Of a stretch of 33,024 bases of DNA, positions 1-10,649 are shown one piece after another. Under the pieces are notes generated by a model that searched no databases, was not told the origin of the DNA, and was given only the letters and a program-made list of their open reading frames with translations. The stretch is from Octopus bimaculoides (Eukaryota). The stretch is from positions 29,757,451 to 29,790,474 of the forward strand of contig NC_068986.1 in assembly GCF_001194135.2 (NCBI RefSeq). The letters run 5' to 3'. Each line of letters begins with the position of its first letter. Position 1 is the first letter of the stretch. A program made the position numbers and the translations under genes.

Positions 1-229
1 ATGGTGACAGCGGTGGTTACTTTTCAATTTCGTTCTTTGACATGATAACGGTGTCAAATCAGACATGTCACACACCGATGAGAAACTATCACAGTTCAGT
101 TTAAGCTAAAACTGATTCGTTTGAATCTAGATTCATGTGTTCCCGTGTTACTGGCAATTGTGAAAAGATCGAAGACGTTCTTAATTAACGCTTAATTTGA
201 TTATGATGGCTGGTAGAATAGAGAGGAGG

Positions 230-281
<52 letters not shown>

Positions 282-1330
282 TGGTTGGCTGGTTAGTAGG
301 ATAATCCTGGTGGTGGGAAGCAGTAGAGAGTTCGGAAGAGCTCCAAAAGTGTGACTTTTTCTCTGACATAATATCTTTGTTTATTCTGAGAAACCAGTTA
401 AGTGTATGCGTCTATCTTTTTGCCTCTGCATCTATGTATGTATGTATGACTGACTGACTGACTGTCTGTGCTTGTTTCTGTGTGGTTGTGTGTACCTTAT
501 CCTGTACGTAAGGTGTGTGAGTATCTGCTTGTCATCTGTCTATATGTGTAAGTCTGTGAAAGATTTGTAATGTGTCTGATAATCTTTAGTATGCGTGCTC
601 ACTCATAACATCCGACAATTTCTTCACTACATTCAACAAAATACCATACCTTAGTTACACACGCGTGTGTGTGTGTTAGTGTGTGTGTGTATAGTGTATC
701 TTGTGTATACAAATAGATGCTTATATGTATATATACACGATTAAACATTTCCAGTGAATGTAAGCAAAATTTGGCGAGGGAGGAGACGATGAGATTTTTC
801 GATTCCACTATTAGCAACTCCCCTGACACTTAAAACTGAAAACGAGTGTTTGATTGTCTACGAAATGCTTGTACTGAGACTGGACGTATTGTGTGGTGTA
901 GCCCTCTATCTAGCATGATGCCCACGTGTTTTGCTAAACGAACTTACCTATACACATTTTACACATAAACACTTATAAAAGCGAGTTGTTTGACAGACGA
1001 CACATCGTGAAACGGGCGTACCCTCACCGCTAATAAAATATATCGGATGATCATAACTCCCTTCAGCAGTGATATAAGCAGGTTAACAACCAGAACTGAG
1101 CTTCTTAATGTACGTATCGCTTCTACCTCTCTAAAGTTCTCCTACCTCCCACTGCATTCATTACCCTCTCCTCCAAATCTCTGTCCCCCACTTCATTGAT
1201 TGCTACGGCTCAGAGATTCCAGGATAACTGGTTTATTGCCTTATCATTCATACTGTTAGCCGCTCAAACCACCCCGGACTCTTGAACTCGATACGCCGAA
1301 ACAATTGAATATGACATATATTGAACCAGT

Positions 1331-1716
1331 GGAGGCGTAATGGCCCAGTGGTTAGGGCAGCGGACTCGCGGTCATAGGATCGCGGTTTCGATTCCCAGAC
1401 CGGGCGTTGTGAGTGTTTATTGAGCGAAAACACATAAAAACTCCACGAGGCTCCGGCAGGGGATGGTGGTGAACCCTGCTGTACTCTTTCACCACAACTT
1501 TCTCTCACTCTTTCTTCCTGCTTCTGTTGTACCTGTATTTCAAAGGGCCCGCCTTGTCACACTGTGTCACGCTGAATATCCCGAGAACTACGTTAAGGGT
1601 ACACGTGTCTGTGGAGTGCTCAGCCACTTGCACGTTAATTTCACGAGCAGGCTGTTCCGTTGATCGGATCAACTGGAACCCTCGTCGTCGTAAGCGACGG
1701 AGTGCCAACAACAAAA
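1331..1716 (+). mobile_element. full-length tRNA-derived SINE (family A, tRNA-Arg-like head)
   Basis: Head GGAGGCGTAATGGCCCAGTGGTTAGGGCAGCGGACTCGCGGTCATAGGATCGCGGTTTCGATTCCC has A-box and B-box motifs, followed by a body, 3' hairpins and a CAACAACAAAA tail. No clear TSD. Confidence 0.8.
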
Positions 1717-2159
1717 GTATAATGTAAGAGATATTTGACTGCTCTTTCTAGCAAGGCGAATGATTCTTTTGGGACTCACACGTAGGCTCAGTCTCTTTAG
1801 GTTGTTTTCTTTAGTAAATCTTTGTCCCCTTTCCACCGTCCCAACCCCGCCTACATCTCAATGTCTTCATGTGTGGTTATGTTTCCTTAGTTCTCCTGCT
1901 GGCGCCATTACTCTCCGAGCTAATACTCGCTCCCATCTCCACGCTTCAGGGTATATTGGAACGTGCGCTAAATCGAGGCAACGGTGCGCAAACTCTGTGC
2001 CGACACCCTTCCACCATTCATGCACATGTGTCTTTAAATAGGAGGGCAGGATATCTCGCATCTCCACGGCGTGTTTCTAAATTGCTCACTTGCGGATGAG
2101 CTAGCCCGTAATCATCTCTTAATACGCAGTCACCTTAATTTGAAAATGTATACATACAT

Positions 2160-2210
<51 letters not shown>

Positions 2211-2488
2211 NNNNNNNNNNNNNNNNNNNNNNNNNNNNNNNNNNNNNNNNNNNNNNNNNNNNNNNNNNNNNNNNNNNNNNNNNNNNNNNNNNNNNNNNNN
2301 NNNNNNNNNNNNNNNNNNNNNNNNNNNNNNNNNNNNNATACATATATGCAGCTACACGCGTGTACATATGTACGTGTATGTATGTGTGTAGGGGCTTGGG
2401 TGCGCTTGTATGTGTGTATGTCTGTGTATAAACATATATATATATGCGTATGTGTGGATACGTGTGTGTGTGTTTTATGTTTATAGAT

Positions 2489-2560
2489 CAATGCTCCGCA
2501 ACCGGTATGCTGTGGCACACTGGTGTGCCACGAGAGCATGCTAGGTGTGCTGCAGTGTAA
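2489..2560 (+). mobile_element. possible terminal remnant of an hAT/Charlie-like DNA transposon or MITE
   Basis: Begins CAATGCTCCGCAACC (Charlie-type CAGTG.T.C.CAAC terminus), followed by TGTGGCACACTGGTGTGCCA. The preceding 8-mer TTATAGAT resembles the NTCTAGAN target. No second end seen. Confidence 0.35.
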
Positions 2561-2838
2561 CCTGAGTATAATTTTTCCCCCTATACCTTTAGTTATAGTT
2601 TTATAGTTATAGTTTTAGCTCAAGTGTGCGTTAGTTCGTTGCTCCACTGTACTATTTTTCTCTTTCTTTTCTTTGTCACTTCTGTCACTGACCTAGAGAG
2701 ATCCTATGGCCAAGTAATGCAGCGAAAATGAAAGCGTAATTTAAAAAAAAATTTCTAGTCAGTCCCAAGTGAGAATATTCCTTAATTCCGTTTATTTCTC
2801 AGTAACAACATACGAAAGCCAGCATCAACAGTAAATTT

Positions 2839-3068
2839 ATGAGCCAACACGGGAGCTTTTTGTCGTCGCTCAACCGGCTGGAAACAGCAACCAAAAACAC
2901 ATCAAATCAAACCCTGCCTTTCGTCTTAAACAAGAAGATTCGAGGTAAAATTTAATCCAAAATACACCATATTATATCTGGAAATAAGACGAGATAGTCA
3001 TTTTTGGAACGCCTTTGATTAGACTTAATTTGCTTGATCAGGGCTGACTTGTGGGCTAAAGAACAACA
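2839..3068 (+). mobile_element. SINE-like repeat, family D (diverged)
   Basis: Shares ..GGAAACAGCAACCAAA..GAGATAGTCA..GGAACGCCTTTGAT..TGATCAGGGCTGACTTGTGGGCTAAA..AACAAC with copies at 4788, 11642, 11965/12540, 14302 and 15440. Confidence 0.65.
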
Positions 3069-3449
3069 TAAAAAGAAAATTGATCCACTATTTTCGGTTT
3101 GCACATTAGCTTTGACCGAGTACTCGTCTGCCTCGAATCATCCTCGCAACGATAACGTTGCATTTTTCAAAGAATAAAAAGATGAGGGGGAAAAAAAAAC
3201 CGGTTTCTCTGTTCAGCTATGAAGATGCAACAAAACCTGCACCAAACGTTGTGTGCTCATATCAAAGTTGTCATTGACTGCGCATGACTGCTGCACCACT
3301 GCAAGAAATGTAATTGAACTATCGGTGTTCTATCACATAATTCCACACTTGGCAACACCAACCAATTTGGATTAGCAGGTCAGCTGACAAACAACCATTA
3401 CTTCTTTGTCACAAAAAGCAATATTTCACACGACTGCCTCATCTCACCT

Positions 3450-4330
3450 CCACTTTCTATCTCCCCCCTCTTTCTCACCCTCTCTCTCTCTCTCTCTCTC
3501 TCTTGTTCACTTTATAATTTCTCTCCCTTTCGTTCTGTTTGTTGCTCTCTCTTCCTTTCGCTCTCTCTCTTGCTCTCCCTTTAGCATTTTCTGTTGCTCT
3601 CTCTTATTTTCGCTCTGCCTTTCGCTCTCCCTCCCTTTCGCCATGCCTTTTGCTCTCCTTTTCGCTCTCTCTCTCCCTTTCGCTCTCTCTCCCTTTCGTT
3701 CTCTCTCTCTCTCTCTCTCTTGCTATCTTTCCCTTTCGCTTTGTCTGTTACTCTCTCTCCCTTTCGCTCTTTCTCTCTTGCTCTCCTTTTCACTCTCTCT
3801 TTCTTGCTCTCCCTTTCACTCCCTCTGTTGCTCTCTACCTTTTGCTCTCTGTCTGTTTCTCTCTCTCCCTCCTTTTCGCTCTGTCTGCTGCTCGCTCTTC
3901 CTTTCGCTCTGTCTGTTGCTCTCTCTCTCTCTTTCGCTCTCTTTGTTGCTCTCTTTCGCTCTGTCTGTTTCTCTCCTCCCTTTCGCTCTCTCTTTCTGTT
4001 TCCTCCCCCTTTCGCTCTCTGTTATTCTTTCTCCTTTCGCTCTCAGTTTTTTTCTCTCTTTCGCGCCCCGTCATACTCTTTTCCATTTCGCTCTCCTCCT
4101 CTTTCTCCCTCTGTTGCCCTCTCCCTTTCACTCCCTCTATTGCTCTCTCTCTCTCTCCCCCTTTCACTCCCTCTCTTGCTCGCCCCCTTTCATTTCCTCG
4201 GGCTTTCTCTTCCCCTCTTTTCCCCCCTTTCTGTTTGTCTTTCTATCTCTATCTCTTCTCTCCCACTCTCCTACCTTACTTCCTCACACTGTCACTCTCT
4301 TCCCCACTCTCCGTTGCGCTCTTTCTCTCA
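3450..4330 (+). repeat. ~0.9-kb polypyrimidine satellite with recurring CCTTTCGCTCTCTCT-like units
   Basis: The + strand is almost all C/T, with TTTCG(C) recurring throughout. Confidence 0.9.
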
Positions 4331-4400
4331 CCAACAAATAGTTACACATTCCCGTCTCCACCGACAAATTACAATGACCACCATCACTAACATCGTCAAC

Positions 4401-4611
4401 ATCATCCTTTCTATTAAAGGCACAAGGCCTGAAATTTTGGGGGGAGGGGGTTAAGTCAATTACATCGACCCCAGTACTCAACTGGTACTTAATTTATCGA
4501 CCCCCGAAAGGATGAAAGGTAAAGTCGACCTCAGCGGAATTTGAACTCAGAATGTAGCGACGGGCGAAATACTGCTGCCTGGCGCGCTAACGATTCTGCC
4601 AGCTCACCGCC
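4401..4611 (-). mobile_element. SINE family B, near full length
   Basis: Reverse complement of GGCGGTGAGCTGGCAGAATCGTTAGC...CTGAGTTCAAATTCCGCTGAGGTCGACTTTACCTTTCATCCTTTCGGGGGTCGATAAATTAAGTACCAG...GGCCTTGTGCCTTTAATAGAAAGGAT. Flanked by (CAT)n-like repeats and homologous to 5005-5436. Confidence 0.85.
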
Positions 4612-4787
4612 TCATCGTCATCATCATCGTCATCATCATCGTCATTCCTCTCCCCCCCCCATTCCTCATTAGCATCAGCATCAGCATCAATTAATATTTC
4701 TAGTAAGCGATAGTAACTGCAATTTTACTCTAATATTGCAACAAGAACAATATGATGAACAATATGATGAATAAATGATACTTTCCG

Positions 4788-4985
4788 AACCAATGAGGGG
4801 ATTCTCTAAGCTGTAATTCGGCCTGCTAGAAATAGCAACCAAATTTCCCTCAGGTAACACCTCACTGCTTCAAAATAAACAAATACATATAATTTATGAC
4901 ACATTAGGTAATGTTGTTACACCCAAAAAGACGCGATGGCTAAGGATGGAATGGCCTTACTCATAGGCCTGTCGGGGTTAAACAA
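4788..4985 (+). mobile_element. SINE-like repeat, family D
   Basis: CCAATGAGGGG..CCTGCTAGAAATAGCAACCAAATTTCCCTCA..GATGGCTAAGGATGGAATGGCC..GGGGTTAAACAA; homologous to the other D copies. Confidence 0.7.
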
Positions 4986-5000
4986 TATTAATAGACGCAG

Positions 5001-5436
5001 ACAAGGCGGTGAGCCGGCAGAAACGTTAGCACGTCGGGCGAAGTGCTTAGCGGTATTCCGTCTACCGCTACGTTCTGAGTTCAAATTCCGCCGAGGTCGA
5101 CTTTGCCGTTCATCCTTTCGGGATCGATAAATTAAGTACCAGTTACGCACTGAGGTCGATGTAATCGATTTAATCCCTTTGTCTGTCCTTGTTTGTCTCC
5201 TCTATGTATAGCCCCTTGTGGATAGTAAAGAAATAAGAAACGTTAGCACGCCGGGCGAAGTGCTTAGCGGTATTTCGTCTGCCGTTACGTTCTGAGTTCA
5301 AATTTCGCCGAGGTCGACTTTGCCGTTCATCCTTTCAGGATCGATAAATTAAGTACCAATTGCGTGCTGGGGTCGATTTAATCGACTGCCCGCCCCCTTC
5401 ACCAAAATTTCGGGCCTTGTGCCTAGAATAGAAAAG
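5001..5436 (+). mobile_element. head-to-tail dimer of SINE family B with a 17-bp target-site duplication
   Basis: Monomer 1 is about 5005-5236 and monomer 2 about 5237-5436. Flanks are AATATTAATAGACGCAG (4984-5000) and AATATTAATAGACGTAG (5437-5453). Confidence 0.85.
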
Positions 5437-5698
5437 AATATTAATAGACGTAGGCGTGACTGTGTGGTAAGAATTTTGCTTCTCAGCTACATGGCTTCAG
5501 GTTCAGCCCCACTGCATGGCACCTTGAGAAAGGGTTTTCTTCTTTATCCCGGGCCGACCAAAGTCTTGTAAGTGGATTTGGTAGACAGAAGCTGAAAGTA
5601 GCCTACTTTGTGTGTGTGTCTTCAGTAAATAATAAATTCAAAATAGAAGCACACTCTAAGATATAGAGCTGTAGAGTATATAGATGAAGATAGATATG

Positions 5699-5824
5699 GG
5701 CCGGTCTATGAGGTTACCCTGTGGTTTACGTCCATAAAGAGTTTAGCTTTACAGCGTTTCTTCAGACGCTTTAAAGCTAAGCGCTTTATGGACGTGAAAC
5801 CCAGGCTAACCCCATAGACCGGCC
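5699..5824. mobile_element. 126-bp fold-back (palindromic) element, MITE-like
   Basis: Perfect 12-bp termini GGCCGGTCTATG / CATAGACCGGCC. The arms stay complementary with scattered mismatches up to AGCGT(5753-5757)/ACGCT(5766-5770), leaving an 8-nt loop. Confidence 0.7.
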
Positions 5825-5825
5825 A

Positions 5826-5829
5826 TGTA

Positions 5830-5905
<76 letters not shown>

Positions 5906-5912
5906 CATCCAG

Positions 5913-5965
<53 letters not shown>

Positions 5966-5977
5966 ATCTCTATCTAT
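5826..5977 (+). repeat. (CTAT)n microsatellite
   Basis: Direct reading; one CCATCCAGT interruption. Confidence 0.95.
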
Positions 5978-6344
5978 GTGTGTGTCTGTGTTTGTCTCCC
6001 ATCTCTGCTTGACGCTCAATGTTGGTGTGTTTACGCCCCCGTAACTTAGCCTTTCAGTAAAAAGACACTAACAGAATAGTACCAGGTTTAGAAGAAGTAC
6101 TGAGGTCGATTTATTCGACTAAACCCTTAAAGGCAGTACCCCAGTATGGTCGCAGTCCAATGACTGGGACTAGTAAAAGACAAGATAAACAGCTGATGTG
6201 TGACTGAACAAACAGCTCAAGCATGACTGTGTCAACATAGTTATGTTGTTGTCACTCAGTCAGGCTTCACTATCACTCATCCACTGGCTGTACTTTGAGT
6301 CACTCACATAGCTATCTCTCTTCACTCATGCTATTACCCATATG

Positions 6345-6740
6345 TATCACCTACAGATTAATCACTCTTCATGCATTCTCTCACGCAAATATATGCCATT
6401 TAGTCGCTCATCAATCTCCACCTACAGATTTATCCCTATTCACTCACTCTCGCAGGCAATAATTTGTCGCTCGATCACTCATCAATCCACTCATCGTATC
6501 GCCCACAGGTTTATAACTCTTCACTAACTCCCTCACGCAAATATTTGTTACTCAATCATTCATCAGTCATTCCCTCTATCACCCACATATTTATTATTCA
6601 CTCACTCCCCTACTCAAATATTTGTCATTCAATCACTCGTTAACCTCACTCACAGATTGATCCCTGTTTACTCCTTTTCTTGCGCAAATATTTGTCACTC
6701 GATCACTTGCTATCACAATCACAAATTTATCACTCATCAC
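6345..6740 (+). repeat. decayed minisatellite, unit about 70-81 bp
   Basis: The anchor CAAATAT(T/A)TG-like motif recurs at 6386, 6457, 6538, 6615 and 6685, each preceded by CAC(C/T)(T/C)ACAGATT-like sequence. Confidence 0.7.
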
Positions 6741-7064
6741 ACATTAACACATCCACTCGCAGCTAACACGTCCTCACGATTGTCACTCGTCACTCAATCA
6801 CCCACGCATTCTTGTTACTCAATCACTCATTCACCTTCTCGTATTTGCCAATTCTCCATTCAGTCTCACCCATGCTGTTGTCACTCACTCACTCACTCAC
6901 TATATGACTCATACATTTTCTCNNNNNNNNNNNNNNNNNNNNNNNNNNNNNNNNNNNNNNNNNNNNNNNNNNNNNNNNNNNNNNNNNNNNNNNNNNNNNN
7001 NNNNNNNNNNNNNNNNNNNNNNNNNNNNNNNNNNNNNNNNNNNNNNNNNNNNNNNNNNNNNNNN

Positions 7065-7215
7065 TCTTACTCTTTCCCCTCTCTCTCCTCCTCTCTCTTA
7101 CTCTTTCCCCTCTCTCTCCTCCTCTCTCTTACTCTTTCCCCTCTCTCTCCTCTCTCTTATTCTCTCTCCCTCTCTCTCCTCCTCTCTCTTATTCTCTCTC
7201 CCCTTTCCTTCTCTC
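7065..7215 (+). repeat. 31-bp CT-rich minisatellite, about 5 copies, abutting an N-gap
   Basis: Unit CTTACTCTTTCCCCTCTCTCTCCTCCTCTCT; TTAC recurs at 7067, 7098 and 7129. Confidence 0.75.
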
Positions 7216-7330
7216 ACCCTCTCTCTTCCTCACTATATTTCTCTTTCTCTGTCACTTTTCTATTTCGCAGCTTCTCTTATTTCCTTTCTTTCTCTCTTTC
7301 ACACTCATCCACACATCCATCTGTGTGTGC

Positions 7331-7381
<51 letters not shown>

Positions 7382-8018
7382 ATGTACACACATACACACA
7401 CACACACGTGTAATCACCTGGATCTCTCTCACTTCTCTATCTTTGTTATATACATCCCACTCACACAAAACTGTGATAAGAGTTAATTTAACTAATTAAA
7501 CACTTTCGCTAATCAATAGCACTTTATAAGTGTGTATACAAAGGTGTATAACATGTATGTATGCATGTAATGTGTGATGTAGGCATGCATGTCACGCAGG
7601 CATATATGCAATGCGTGAACGTATCAATATGATTGGACGAACATACATATGGCATACATACATACATACATACACACACACAGTGACATACTTAAATAGC
7701 ATATATAACATACGCAACGTACATTGTGTATATTATATGAATATCATGCATTCGTACTATGTATGCTTGCCGTACATACATAGTATATAGTCGCACACAG
7801 CATGCATTTGTAGTATATAAACACACAGCATTCATACGCATACAGCATACGTACATGCGTATTATTTCATATGGTAACTTTGGGTAGCTGAATATATATA
7901 TATATAAAGATGTTTGCAGTGTTTATTTTTAAAACCCGTTCCATTGCTATGACAGTCAGTAACAATAACTCTAAAATTCTTTTTTAATTCACCTTAAATA
8001 TTTCATTAAGCAATCTTA

Positions 8019-8111
8019 CGTAGTTTTTGCCCGTTGTTTTTCAAGTTTGTGTTTTATATAACCTGGACCTTATATATGGATAAAATGTGTGTATATATAT
8101 GTGTGTGTGTG

Positions 8112-8159
<48 letters not shown>

Positions 8160-8304
8160 TATTGAAAACGTAGGGCAGAGGGTTTACAGAAATTTACAGG
8201 ANNNNNNNNNNCGTAGTTTTTGCCCGTTGTTTTTCAAGTTTGTGTTTTATATAACCTGGACCTTATATATGGATAAAATGTGTGTATATATATGTGTGTG
8301 TGTG

Positions 8305-8352
<48 letters not shown>

Positions 8353-8394
8353 TATTGAAAACGTAGGGCAGAGGGTTTACAGAAATTTACAGGA
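8019..8394. other. assembly artefact: a 183-bp block duplicated across a 10-N gap
   Basis: 8019-8201 and 8212-8394 have the same length and sequence, including their microsatellites, and are separated by exactly 10 N. Confidence 0.85.
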
Positions 8395-8476
8395 GAACTG
8401 AAAATAGCATAAAATAGATGTGTACAAGGTTAATCTCTTCGTGTGTACGCACGCACACATGCACGCACATATGCAT

Positions 8477-8522
<46 letters not shown>

Positions 8523-8644
8523 TGGTAACTTATGATAGCATGAAATTATAACATTATCACTAACTACTTAGTTATGATGCGCTTAAGCGAAACCGGTCGA
8601 CTATGTAAGCGTTTTATTTCATATATATATACTTCTTGTTACTT

Positions 8645-8860
8645 TTGGTGCAAGGACAATTTTCAGGAGGAGCGCAAGTCAATTACATCGACCACAGTAA
8701 GGAATAAATATTTGACTAGTACTTATTGTATTTATTTTATCAATACCCTAAAATATGAAAAGCGAAGTCGACCTCGGCGGAATTTGAACTCGGAACGTAA
8801 AGAGCCAGAAGAAATGCCGCTCGGCATTTTCGATTTGCAAACAATTCTGCCGCCTTAGCC
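8645..8860 (-). mobile_element. SINE family B (diverged)
   Basis: AAGTCAATTACATCGACC..AAGTCGACCTCGGCGGAATTTGAACTCGGAACGTA..GAAATGCCGC..CAATTCTGCC matches the reverse complement of family B. Confidence 0.75.
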
Positions 8861-9294
8861 CCACTGAACGGAGCCCGCAACACTAAGTCCGTTATCTACT
8901 CAGGTGCTGAACTTGAACCATATTCAAATATACATCATAACGTAAGGAGGTTTAGAATACGATATCATAATAACCTATCTAATTTCCTGGCGATACTATT
9001 GTTATATAACCACTTTAATAGTAATATAATGTTAACCTCCGCTCCACATGCAGAGATTGTGTTATGGAAATTAATATGGCTTAAATTCTTCATAACGTTT
9101 TTTTAATTAATCCTAAGATCTCATATCCACTGATCAAAGTAGGCTTAAGGCAACGAGGTTCAACAAGACTGAAATATGTATGTAGCTCTCATCATGCCGG
9201 CTAACAATGATTAAATCTTCTACAGTAAGTATGAAATTTTAATTCGTTAACAAAATGCAGGCGTCGTTCAGTACAGCAGCAGCTGGCAGATAGA

Positions 9295-9417
9295 TTAGAC
9301 AGCTAAGACAGACCAGTAGATAGATAGATAGATAGATAGATAGAGAGAGAGATAGATAAAGAGATAGAGAGAGATAGATAGATAGATAGATAGAGAGATA
9401 GATAAAGAGATAGAGAG

Positions 9418-9448
<31 letters not shown>

Positions 9449-9493
9449 GAGAGATAGATAAAGAGATAGATAGAGAGAGATAGATAAAGAGAT

Positions 9494-9524
<31 letters not shown>

Positions 9525-9568
9525 TAGAGAGATAGATAAAGAGATAGATAGATAGAGAGATAGATAAA

Positions 9569-9604
<36 letters not shown>

Positions 9605-9810
9605 CTAGTAGATAGATAGAGAGAGAGAGACTAGTAGATAGATAGAGAGAGAGAGACTAGTAGATAGATAGATAGATAGATATTGATAGATAGACCAGTA
9701 GATAGATAGATATACATAGATAGACCAGTAGATAGAAAGATAAATATACATAGATAGACCAGTAGATAGATAGACCAGTAGATAGATAGATAGATAGACC
9801 AGTAGATAGG
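9295..9810 (+). repeat. compound (GATA)n/(GA)n satellite with higher-order units
   Basis: Repeated GATAGATAAAGAGATAGA, GAGACTAGTAGATAGATA and GACCAGTAGATAGATA units. Confidence 0.9.
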
Positions 9811-10611
9811 TGTGTTAGTGTGCGCTGGTGGTGGTTATGGTTCGTTAGTTTGCTTTTGCCATCACGGTCAAGGCCTTACTGGAAGACTGTCGTATAGAAA
9901 ATTGTATTTAAAGAAATTTTAATTCAATATCTCCAGATGCTTCCATCACCCTATTGTCATTATAAATAATAATAATACATATTTCACTTCGTGTGTGTAT
10001 GTGTGTATATATATAATGTACACAAACCGGCATACGCAAACAATGTGAGGAATAAATACGATATATTATTGACTTACAGAAAAGAACGCTTACAATTGTC
10101 CATGTCTGGGTGTGTTCATTTACATATTATATGCCCAGGGATTGCAACGCAATTACCACCACCACCACAACTAGCACCGTCGCCACCACAACTATTACAG
10201 TCAACGATACTAAACATTATCGCTCCTCCTCCTCTTATCCTACAATACACAAACACGCATACATACATACATACATACATACAGCAATAGCTCTCACGCT
10301 GTATGTCCGTACGTCGATTGTAAATGCTTTTCGTTCTGTGTTTACTTGTCTTTTCATTGCAACATACACTAGCGACACAAATATGTAACATTATATGAAA
10401 GACCACACATACAAGCACGTATATACGTACACCCACAGACATTGACTCATGTACGTGTACGCACAGGCTTGTGAACAGACGTACACGAATGTGGAAACGT
10501 CTAAATATTGGCACATAAACATACACATGAGTGTGTGTGTATGTGTGTGTCTCTATCTATCTTGTTTTAATTGCTCTTTGCAATCTCGTCACATAATACA
10601 CTTACAATTGT

Positions 10612-10649
<38 letters not shown>

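Larger units (their letters stand above)
5451..6188 (+). mobile_element. SINE family C (CORE-like), interrupted by a fold-back element and (CTAT)n
   Basis: Head TAGGCGTGACTGTGTGGTAAGAA..GGTTCAGCCCCACTGCATGGCACCTTGAGAAG; the 3' half resumes at about 5978 (GTGTTTGTCTCCC..GTAACTTAGC..GGTCGATTTATTCGACTAAA..CAGTCCAATGACTGGGACTAGTAAAAG). Colinear with 12062-12532 and 31092-31496. Confidence 0.8.

Noticed and set aside
1331-1410. tRNA gene
   Set aside because: No complete cloverleaf or acceptor stem, and it runs straight into a SINE body and tail.
3406-4454. Long ORFs of 311, 286 and 283 aa
   Set aside because: Leu/Ser/Phe/Pro low-complexity translation of a pyrimidine tract that cannot contain stop codons.
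4917-5150. Recurring SRPRRNLNSER ORFs (also at 8574-8858) suggesting a protein family
   Set aside because: They are translations of the same family B SINE.
8019-8394. Apparent 183-bp tandem duplication
   Set aside because: Identical copies on either side of a 10-N gap are the signature of an unmerged contig overlap. Long reads spanning the gap would settle it.
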